NCBI GenBank assembly: GCA_965202585.1
Contig: OZ241831.1
Coordinates: forward strand, 39,432,001 to 39,496,000
Direction: 5' to 3'
DNA from: Thalia democratica
Lineage: Eukaryota
Length of the DNA stretch: 64,000 nt
Made by a program: the position numbers and the translations under genes
Shown: positions 36,516 to 64,000 of the stretch, one piece after another
How the letters are laid out: each line of letters opens with the position of its first letter
Numbering within the stretch: the first letter of the stretch is position 1
The notes under the pieces: model-generated
The model's input: the letters and a program-made list of their open reading frames with translations, nothing else
What the model was told of the DNA's origin: nothing
Database searches by the model: none

Positions 36516-39500
36516 AGTTAATCCTACATAGCACAGCGCGTCAACTAGCGGTAGTTTAACATTTTCAATCAACCAGTTTGATTAGCATTAAGCAGGTCGT
36601 TGTTATTTGCTTTAAGCAATACTTGTAGGAATGGTTTTTATGACCTAAGTGAAAAAGTAAAGGTTTTTTATTTACCTTAATGCATATGAGCTTAGGATAA
36701 CCGTCGTGAAAGTAATAAATCTTTCACGTCGATGTCCAACACTACCAGTGATCTTGAGCCAAAATATTCTTGTTTATTTTAACTAAAAAAATGTTTTTTG
36801 ACAGACGATAACTAGTAGTAATTACCACTTCGAAACTCCAGTTTTAAAATAAACTTAGAACCACTGAATTGTTCATCTGAAGTTCTTTGAAGTTTTCAAA
36901 TTAAGCAGAGTCATATTAGCTTATTTTAAAGTGATTGGACATAAGTTATAACTATAAAAATAAATAAGAGTGATTCTTTCGCTTTTTTACTTATATTATT
37001 TTTTAAAGTTTTATTTTGTGAGACGTAAAGTATTAACTTTAGGGTTAATAAAAATTACAGTCTAGGGAAATCAACTTTTTTAGTTACATTTTTTACTCGT
37101 TTACAAGAGTTTTAATTTTAAATTTCTACGTCATAATAGCTTATCATTACAAATAAACCTTTTAGTTTTTAAATTACTTGAAGCTTACTGAAGAAGAGCT
37201 ATTTTAAATGTATTTTCAAATTTTAATCTGATAAAGCAGCTTTGTAGGTTTTTTATCATAAGTATCTTTTGATTTATTATTTATTTGTTATATGATGCTT
37301 TAAATGTTTACATATTTCTTAGACCATCTCAATATGAAACTAATGTCTGATGTTCGACTAGTTATAGGGATCTAAATATATTCAATTTTTTTTTAATTCA
37401 TAATAAATAAATTTTTGACTTAGTTAAGTAAAATCATGTACATGTAATAAAAACCATATAAAAAAACTGTCTCATATCTTTTAGAAAAAAAAAAACAGAT
37501 CAAAGATTATTCATTTATTTTATAACTATTTCCAATGCTGTTTAGAATTAAATTACTTTTAAAGATAGTTTATATATAAATTTTTACTTTGGATATGTTT
37601 AAAATGGGAATTAGAATTCAAGTTTATAAAAAAAAAGTACTTAAATATTCAAATAAAAGTTTATTTATTTATTTAAAGTTCAGATTTAGCGGATTTTTTA
37701 AGTTGTATTTACAATTATTGTTTATAGTAACCTTAGTTACAGTAAGTACAAATTCCAAGTGATGGTTTGTTTACTAAGATTCAATGATATATATTATCAT
37801 TATTTGTTATTCATTTTTCAAAAATTTTCTATAAGGTAAAAGTTACAGGAATTTCTTAAACAATTTTACATGCTTAAGTGCTACTTTTAATATATTTGAA
37901 TTTTAATTACCAATTTAGACATATCTAAAGTAAAAATGTATTTATTAAGTATCTTTAAAAAGCAATTTATTTCTCAACAGCATTGAAAATGTTTATATAA
38001 TAAACGAACGATCTTTGTACATGCTGCTTAATTTTAATTCCCAGTTTAATCATATCAAAATGATATGATTTAATTGGAAATTAAAGTTAAAGTTTTATGA
38101 AATGAGTGAAAGTTAATTTATGAAAAATAGTACTACTTAAATATGTAAAATTGTTTAAGAAATTCCTGTGACTTATAGCTTCAAAAATATATTTAAAAAA
38201 ATATTTACAATAACAAATCTTTGAATCTAAGTAAACAAACCGTCACTTGGAATTTGCACTTTACTGTAACTAAGGTAACTATAAACAATAAATGTAAATA
38301 CAAAAAATCCGCTAAAACTGAACTTAAACAAAAAACTTTTATTTGAATATTTAACTACTTTGTATACTTGAATTTTAATTTCTAATTTAAATATATCTAA
38401 AGTAAAAATGTATTTATTACCTATCTCTAATGAAAATAATTTAATTCTAAACAATATTAGAAATATATGAAAAAACCATATAAAAAGCTGTCTCAATTCT
38501 TAAAAAAAAAACAAAAAACAACAGATTCAAAGATCTTTTGTTTAATTATAACCAGTTTTCTTACATGTAGATCACAATATTCAAAGCTGTCCGATATCTA
38601 CTATATAAAAAAGGCGAATACCACCTTCAAACAATTCATGTAAAGTAATATAGCAATTAACCTTGACTAGAGGTATAATATTTTGCTAACTTTTTAAATG
38701 TTTTAATTAAAAAGACGTTTTCTTTTAACTCACGCTCTTTCAGAAATTAAAATTAACCAGTTTTATGTTGCTAAATGTTAAAAATAAATAAATTTAAAGT
38801 TAATGTTTTAAATTTGAATAAAAAGACTAAGAACTAAATTTTCTTTACCTAAGTGCTTAAACTTTCTTTTACAATCACTTAAGTAAATTGTAACCATTAT
38901 AATATGTAGTAAACAGCAATAAAACATACAGCATAATAAAAATGCATAGCAAGGCAGACGTAGGCATACTTTTTTTTTATTGAAATAACTATGACATAAA
39001 TAAAAACAATTAATAACGTTCAGGTAAAGATAATTAAAGTACAACAGACGCAATTTGACTAGATAAAAAAAAAAGTTGAAAAATTTTAAAAAAAGTGCAT
39101 GTTGTGAAATTTAATCAGTATTCATTAAACATTTAATACTCTTTCAAATCATTATTTCTAATTTTTCTGACATGTATGAGAAAAGTGTATAAAGTTTTGT
39201 TTTGTCTAAACAAAATGAGAAAGTTTGTCTAAAATGACGATAAAATTTAAAGCTACGGCTTTTTTTTTGGTGTAAAAACTCTTTGTATTTTAAGTAAGGT
39301 TTGTTTATAATAACAGAATTGTTCATTGAACAACAAACTTCACAAAAACTTTGTTTTTAGGCCTACTAAGTTGCAAAGAGGTAAAAACTCAATTAGTTCG
39401 TATTGTGTTTAAGTACTTGTTTATGCTTTTTGAAACCAATGAAGAAAGAGTATGATTCATTCCATAGCAATTAATTAGCGATAAAAGCTTTTCTGTATGA

Positions 39501-39638
39501 AAGTACAGGAAACTAACTGTCTCAATTTCAAGTTAGTATCTTTAGAGTAAAATAAAAATTGGTGTGAAATACTTCTTGAATTTTTTTTTAAAAGAACTTT
39601 TTTTAAATAATGTGTAAAAGCTTATGAAACAATAAACT

Positions 39639-39657
39639 TATATATATATATATATAT
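39639..39657. repeat. (TA)n microsatellite
   Basis: About 9 TA units. Confidence 0.8.
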
Positions 39658-39919
39658 TTCTTCATTTACCTTCTTAATATCACAAATCTTAGTCTCGGTT
39701 CTTTCTATTATAGGCAGTATTTAGCTAGATGACGTTTAAATTTTGTTATAGAAAAAAAAACTATAATCTTAGCATAAAAAGTGTCTTAGTATAACTAAAT
39801 TTATACAGTCTATTTTTAATACTCTTTACGTTTTGTGTATAAAAAGACTGTACATTCCTTGTGTTCCCTTTTATCATGTAATGCATTTAGTGTGCATTCA
39901 TCACACATTCAGTGCTTGT

Positions 39920-56842
<16,923 letters not shown>

Positions 56843-58229
56843 GTTTCTTGTTTGTTTTTCTCATATAAAGCAATTTTATGTTTTATAATTAAATCTGAAA
56901 ATTTTTGTTTTTATACTCAGTCTGATTACTTTTTGAGTAATGCTAATATTATATATAACGACTTCCTGTAAGCACTGTTTAGATAAGCTATATGATTATT
57001 TAAACTAATATATGGTTATTTAAACTAATTAAAAGTCATTTAATTGTGTGAAGAGCGAAGTATCTAGCGCAAAACTAATCTGTGGCTTAAAAAGATTAGT
57101 TTTATAAGAAAGCCTAAGCAAGTAGAAACAACTTAGTTGGTCTCTGTAAATTTTATTGAGTTTTTTAATAGTTTTGAAACACTGCCTAATTAGATACTAA
57201 GAAACTATCATTAACGTGTAAATTTAAACTATATCAAATTAACTCTTACAACTTAATTTAAAACTTTTACTTTTTAAAAGAATGGTTAAAACTTAAATCT
57301 AAAACAAATTAAAGATTAAACTAATTAAACAAAAATTAAAAATTATCTTTCCTTATAGCTTTTAAAGTTTACTGTTTAGTTTAAAAAATATTTTAAAATT
57401 TTTTATGAAAATATCTTTCACGTCTTAATTTTTTGCAAAAAAGCCAAGACAAACATAAAGTTTAGGAATGTTTAATATTACCTCTACCTAAAATTAATTG
57501 TTCGTTTTTCTCCACTTTGGTTACTCAAAAAATACGTTGGCTGTAATGCGCTCAGCTATGTAAATCAATAAGTTGATCAGAAAGGAATGTCTTATGTAAA
57601 CAAGCGAATTATTGATATGACATCACTGTCTTATGAAAAAACGCGCGGTCTATATTTAACACAAAACAAAAACTTTCTTGGTGATTTTGAATTTTTTGTA
57701 AAATCATTTTCAAGTCATATATCTTATTTAAATGCTTGAGTGTAACGAATAAACTTGACTTTGGGTAGCAGCCAGTGGCTTTTATCTTTTTAAGTAAACA
57801 TTGGGCACTTGAGACTTAAAACAACAATTGAACAAAGAAAGTATTTCATTTGTTTTAATGTATACGTACGGAGGCTTGAAAGGTTAGACAAATACTTGTG
57901 ATTTTTCATATCAAAATGCATGTGAAAGTATTTAAAAATATTTTCATATACAAGTACCTCAAATATTTTTTCTTAAACTTATTTAAAACTCAGCTAACAT
58001 ATACTTTTTTATAAATTTTTCATACAACTAGATTTCAAGTTACAAAATTTACACATACAAAAATAAACTGTAAATCAAAGCTGCTACAATAACTTAAACA
58101 AGGCTTTAAAGAATAAAAAAGTGCAGGAAAAAAGCAAACAAAAATCTGACAAACAAAGCCTAAACTAAATGAAATCTTGAAACTTAACCAAGCTTACTCT
58201 TAGCAGCTTAAAAATACCGACCAAATGTA

Positions 58230-59480
58230 AATACATTTTATAATCTGGCTCAGCCTCAACCAAGCACGCGAGCAATTCATAAACAAATTCCACTCAACAC
58301 AAGCAAGCAGTAGAAAGCACCAGTAATTGATGAAGGCACTCGAAACGAGCACGAAAAAGGCAGCGCGAACCGTCACGTGACCGTCACGGGTGACTGCGCA
58401 TCAGCTTACATGTATGTTGAGAGTGTTGAGAATTTCAAGTTATTTTCAGCCCGAATTCTCCCTCCCGTTGCATGCTGCACGGCGCAAAACCATATTTAGC
58501 TGATTTTGTTTACATTCCTTCACAATTGGCTTTTGTTGGTGTTTTTGTTTGTGGCTTATTTTGAAAGCAGCCTTTTGTGCTCAGCTGAGCGTTGATCCTT
58601 TTCAAAGCTGCAAATATGTTCGAGTATTTTTAATAACTATCAATCACTAGCGTTCTTTTTGCTTTTTGAAAATAAAAGCAGATCGAAGAGCTTTTGACAA
58701 ATAAAAGCATGAACAAAGTATGCCTTTTTTACAAAGTAAAAACTTACACTATACTTACTAACAAAAAACCTAAAATGTTAAGTACAAAAATTAATTCTTA
58801 CTTATATTGAGTATCTAAATAGAATATTAATAGTTTATCATTGTTAACCAAGTGAGTACACACTATTGTGTGATGACAGTAAGCTTCTTAACAAACAGTT
58901 ATTTAAGCTCAAGGTAAACTTGCATAACCTAAAACACATCAAATGAATACAAAAAAAAGTTTAAGTGCAAAACGTTGTAGCTTAATTTATTAACTTCATT
59001 TACTTAAATTCCTTATTTGGCACAATCAAATTAATGACTGTATACAAGTAAAAACTAACTGAAACTAAAACATCTACTAAGCTTTTAAAGTTTTATTGAA
59101 CGTATATTACTATTTCTGTTTTCCATCAAATTAACTTTAATTTGGCAGCAAAAATTACAAACAATTATAACCATTTTAAACTTCTTAACATATTTTTATC
59201 AAACAGCAAGCGGTTAATGGCAGGCGAAAAAAGGCAAAACAAATTCAATTTATCAGCGCGTGTGTGTGTGTGTATTGAACAGAAGCGCACGCCAGCGGGC
59301 ACAAACTTTTTCTGAAAGCCAACTCAAACGCAGCTCGTTTGTGGTCACGTGATGTTGAAATTACACGGCTCGCAGGGACTTTCGTGAGTCACAAAACGAT
59401 TTTTCTGCGGTTTATTTTTGTTGCGCGTCGTCATTCTGATAAAATTTTCGTGTGGCGACTTTTCAGAAAGTTTTCAATCG
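58230..59480. promoter_or_regulatory. Candidate upstream regulatory region of the kinase gene
   Basis: Two CpG-richer islands (~58230-58620, ~59200-59480) containing GTCACGTGAC (58372-58381) and GTCACGTGA (59344-59352), with a CArG box CCTTATTTGG at 59031-59040 between them. Confidence 0.35.
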
Positions 59481-61411
59481 ATGAAAGTCTGCATGCAAAT
59501 TTTAAAATGAGTAAGTTTAAAAGCTTTTGTGCTTAAAACCACAAAAATAATCAGCGTGTTCTTTTGGAGGTTAAAAAGCAGCTGTTTAATTGTTGACCAT
59601 GAAAATCTATGCAAAGTTTAAACTTAATGTATTTTTGAAACTAATGCATATAACTTATATAAAAGTAAAGAGCATATAGAAAAAAAAACGATGCGTTATG
59701 TTTATTACAATAGTTTTTTAGAGTTTGCTAGATTTTATGAATCTTGTAAAAAACTTTTTTTTGTTCAATTTTTTTCAATGTGTTTAATTATTGTAAACAA
59801 CAAATATACATTTAAAGCTCACGTTTTTTCTTCTACAGAAGACTTGCGTGCAGCATTTAAAATGTAAACAAACGTTTACAAATGAAACCGAAGCATGAGC
59901 AAACAATACTTTGAAAACATTTATGCAATTAATTCAGCTACACTCATGACTAGAGAATTTAAAAACTCAGCGATTCTATAAATAGATGTCATCATCAATC
60001 AAAAATTTCACAGGGGGTTTATCCACACGAAGGTTAACAAGCAAGCATTTACATCTCTTACTCGTACTAAACTAAATTATAACATAGAGTTTTACGTGCT
60101 TCAACCGAAGTTTCTAGTACTTTTCAGTCGATTGTTTATAATATATGCTTTAAATCTAATTATTCTAACAATAATTTTTTAAGTTTGGCGTTTAAAGTAA
60201 GGTTTTTGCTTTGTTTTTTTTGTTTTAATAGTTTTATATGCTACTCAGAAAACTAATAGTGACTTTAAACTAAAAATAGTTGTGTTTTTTTTTATTTTAT
60301 TTGATTGCTTACTTTCATATTGTTTCAATTAATTGTAATGTTGCCGTACTTTTAACGATTTATGAGTGCTTTCTTGAACAAGCAAAGTTATTGATACGGT
60401 TTGATAATCTAAATGCAATATATATATAAAAATGTCAAAATAAAACTACATTTAAGTAAACATAAAGTTTAACTTTATTTTCATTCTTCTTATTTTTATA
60501 GAAATAAAGTTTGACAAAATTTAGTTTATTTAACTCAAATACAGTTTAAGGTCACGAAAAAGTAACTCAACTATTATATGAACATTTTTTTTCAATAAAT
60601 ATTGTATTTAAACAATAACATCACATCATAAAACTTTATGTTCTTGGGCTATAATATTTTATTTTGCTCTACAACTAATAAAGTATTGTTTTTAGTTGAT
60701 AATGCCTTATAACAGTAAGAAAACAGAACTCAATTGTTTCTTTACTACTTTAAAATTATATGCAATCAAATTCGTTAATTAACTAATAAATATTTTATTA
60801 AATAAATGATTAAAGATTTTGGTTGATTTTATTTACTAAATTAAAATAAACATTTACTTTGGTCGGGAGCTTTTTGAAATTTTTATTATACATTAAACTA
60901 TTCTCATACTAAAAGAAATAAATTACACATTTAATTGCATATACTGATTTAAGCATATCTAATCTTTTGAAAAAAAGCAAATATATCAGTTTAGATATTG
61001 AAATATACTTATTTAAAGTAGTTTGTAGATCTACTTAATTTAAAATTCAAAATACTATCAATAAAATTAATTAAATCTGAAATGATTAGTTTTGCATATT
61101 CTTTTGTGTAAAACACTTAAAGCGCTAATACGGGTAAATATTGGATCTAAAAGCATTTAAAGTGAGCTTAGTTTTATTACTTCGTTCATTGCAGTTTCCG
61201 TACTATACACAAACATTAGTTTTACACTTTTTTAAGTTTCTAAAAGTATAAGTTTCATTTTATTATTAGAAAAAAGGCTCATTAAATGTCATGCTGTTCT
61301 ACCTACACATTCGTGGAAATAAGTGTTAACTTCCCGCTGTGTTTAAGCTAAACTGTTTTATTTAATTAAACATTTTACAATTAATTAAAAAAATGAATGA
61401 ATGTTCTAAAT

Positions 61412-61440
61412 CAGGGGCAGGCAAAATTTTTATTCGGTTG
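61412..61440 (+). mobile_element. Solitary hAT-MITE-like end
   Basis: CAGGGGCAGGCAAA preceded by TTCTAAAT, like the ends and target sites of the 2817 and 10431 elements; no partner end found. Confidence 0.35.
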
Positions 61441-62439
61441 GCAAGATTTAATAGAAAGAGCTTTTTGTGAACCTGTCTTGTAAAAAATCTTTGCAAGCTA
61501 AGAAACTTTGAAAAATTGTATTACAAACTTTTAACCTTTCTTTAACTGCCTTTTTTACTTTCAGAAATTAAGTAATTTTTAATGAAATTTTGATAATCGG
61601 TTAGTCTTTAATATTCACTTAAATAAATCTAAAGTTATTCTTAGATTTTAAAAAGTTAAAAAACGAAAACTTTCAATTGATGTTTTTGAGTATAAACAAC
61701 GTTTTTCCTTTAAGCCGACTTAAATTATAACAAATGTAACATTTGAAAATAATCGTGCAGAAAATTTACGTCCAGTACGTAGAAGTTTAACTTGAAACTG
61801 AATGATTTTAAACATGATTTTTCTTGTGATTATGTCAAACCGTTTTTTTGTTAAAAATGTAAAATTATTCAAAATTTTTTAGTGCAATCAGTTCCCTAAA
61901 AATAATTTGAATTAAAATTTGTATTTTAGCTATAATAACAGTTTGATAAATTGGATAAAAAATTTTCTTCGAGTTGAAGAAAAAGTTTTGTTTATGAGAA
62001 GGATGCTTGAAAATAATTTAAGTTAAGACATCGATAAGGTTTGAACGAAAGAAAAAGTGCTGCCTTACCTAAAATTCGGAGCAAAAGTTTTGAGACTAGG
62101 TACCAACCAAATTATAAAGACCAGCAGTGGTCTTTACAGTCTACACCTGTGTACAGCAATGTGAGATATAACTACTTTGACTGTGCCCAGAAAATTTATT
62201 AAAGTGAAATTGTATTTATATGTTTAAAAAAGCTGATTATATAAATAAATTTAATCGATTTCAAGAAGTAGGCACTAAAACAAAAAGTGTAACATTTTTA
62301 ACAGCAGTTTATTTGTGTTTTTAGTCTAGTGTGAAAAGAAGTTGTTTTATAGCATTTACCGTGCACAATTTAAAAAATGTTAACTAAGTCCCGATATAGA
62401 CAACAGTTTATTTTCAGTTTTATTAATGATAATTTATTT

Positions 62440-62860
62440 ATGAAGATAGAGGGTTTGTATGGGTTAGAAAAGTTCATAAAGAAAATTTCTTTTGAGGCCC
62501 ATTATACCTTTGGTAAAATCAGCGCAGCATGAATTAGCGAAGTTTTTAAATTTGAGTCTTGAGCCAGTGTTTAAACACAAGGTGGTAAAGATCCAGTATC
62601 CAACTTATACAAAGTATGGTAATTTACTAATTCAGCTGCTGTTTTAAAACAATCTATATTGGATTGACAACAAGAAATCTAAGAAAAAGGTTAAAAGATC
62701 ATGTCCCAAAGGGGAAGAGAATGTTTTTACTCAGAAAAGAAGGATGATATACCGGTTAAAGTTCTAAATGCTTCTAAACGTTTGCCCATTGCAGAAAACT
62801 TGGTAAATAACTCGACATGTGCAAACAGTTATAATCAAAACAGATTTAAAATAAACAAAA
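62440..62860 (+). mobile_element. Internally deleted Penelope-like retroelement remnant (RT N-terminus joined to GIY-YIG endonuclease)
   Basis: With frameshifts: LYGLEKVHKENF.RPIIPLVKSAQHELAKFLNLSLEPVFK, then KDPVSNLYKSMVIY*FSCCFKTIYIGLTTRNLRKRLKDHVPK and LPIAENLVNNSTCANSYNQNRFKI. Confidence 0.8.
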
Positions 62861-63584
62861 TTTGTTGTAATGTTTTGTATTAATAAACTAAAAGCTATTT
62901 ATCTTTTATTAAGGAAACCTGTTTTATGTGATTTGATTATACAGTTTCTTTACTTTCGTTATACTTTATAAGGCGTATTGTTGTCATTATACAATTATAT
63001 GATTTTACTGTAGGTTAGTTATAATCTAGGTAAACTTAAATGATTTTATCTGTTACCAATTGCTTTTGTCTTTTTTTACTCTCTTGGTTTATTGATAGTT
63101 TGTAAAATCTCATTTCATGTTAGTTTTGTACTGTACTAATGAGAATTGCTCGAAAAATATTTAGTTTTACTGAGTTTGTGTGTCATATATATATCTTATT
63201 GTCTAATTACTGGTCAATAATTTTTTTTTATAAAAGTTTTATAGTTTTAATAAAGATAAAGGTTAATTTTAGGTAATTAATGTTCTATAATTATAATTTT
63301 GGCTTTTTATTAGTAAATAACTCATGTACGAAGACATTATGACAGTTTTTTTACCATAAAACTATTTTTAATGTTATTAAGAATGTCTAACTGTCTTAAA
63401 TTAAAAGCTCAAAAGAATAGTTATTAGATTTTAATCCTTTAAAATCCACACATATTGAAACAAACAAAGGTTTAGCATAGAAATACTAGCATTCTGGTAA
63501 TTCTCCTGATAAGTACCTTTGCTTATCTAACCATAAGATGCAATAAAATTTTATTCAAAATCAAATTACAATCGTTAATAAAAC

Positions 63585-63588
<4 letters not shown>

Positions 63589-63620
<32 letters not shown>
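63589..63620. repeat. (AT)16 microsatellite
   Basis: Uninterrupted AT run. Confidence 0.9.
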
Positions 63621-63625
<5 letters not shown>

Positions 63626-64000
63626 TATTATTTTTTAGTAATGAGCGTAATTATAAAAATAAAAAATAAATGTAGGTATTGTTTTTGGATGGGCAACCTT
63701 ACAAAATATCATTGCTCACTATGATTTATTTATCTTAATATCGTATTTTATAAATCAAATAAAATAAAGATATTGAATTATGAATGTTAAAACTAGTTTA
63801 TTCGTTTTTTATTTGCTTTTAAGTACACAGTAACTTATATAATATGATTACTTTTCTTTTAGCTTATATACTTCAAAGTAAAAAAAAAGAAATTTATTAC
63901 ATGAAGTAGTTTAGAACGAAAAAAGCTAGTTTGTTACATTTATGAAAAGAGAAATAATTTTTGTTGTAAGTATTCCGCTGAATATAATAAATACCTAACC

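Noticed and set aside
37450-38540. Short duplicated AT-rich segments (37450-37510 vs 38471-38540; 37918-37955 vs 38395-38425)
   Set aside because: Real similarity but no termini, TSD or coding signal; probably fragments of an old repeat.
60270-60279. Perfect MEF2 consensus CTAAAAATAG
   Set aside because: Expected often by chance in DNA this AT-rich.

Overview
AT-rich animal (probably invertebrate) genomic DNA with spliceosomal GT-AG introns; no prokaryotic systems, CRISPR arrays, rRNA or tRNA were recognised. Three multi-exon genes could be assembled by hand with consistent splice phases. (1) A minus-strand ~316-aa type I membrane protein (4738-14849) with signal peptide, two EGF domains, three 4-Cys follistatin-N-like modules, a Thr-rich stalk, a TM helix and a short tail. 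(2) A plus-strand TTC28 orthologue (20089-33358; 18 exons, ~2100 aa; TPR array plus an apparently catalytically dead CHAT domain). (3) A minus-strand myosin-light-chain-kinase-family gene (39920-56842; 16 exons, ~951 aa; coiled coil, FN3, long Arg/Ser-rich insert, kinase, CaM-binding helix, Ig). A fourth, speculative orphan gene with a 12x pentapeptide repeat and a PIP-box-like C-terminus lies at 34987-36471 (minus). Introns and intergenic DNA hold a decayed Gypsy integrase, a decayed hAT transposase with nested MITEs, hAT MITEs with 8-bp TSDs, MITEs sharing a telomere-like core, a four-copy structured dispersed repeat, a ~105-bp foldback, and a Penelope-like RT/GIY-YIG remnant. The most notable find is an inverted pair of Penelope-type terminal repeats (17645-18133) carrying a minimal type I hammerhead ribozyme whose core is intact in one arm and mutated in the other. 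All calls were made by eye and by remembered family motifs; no searches were run.
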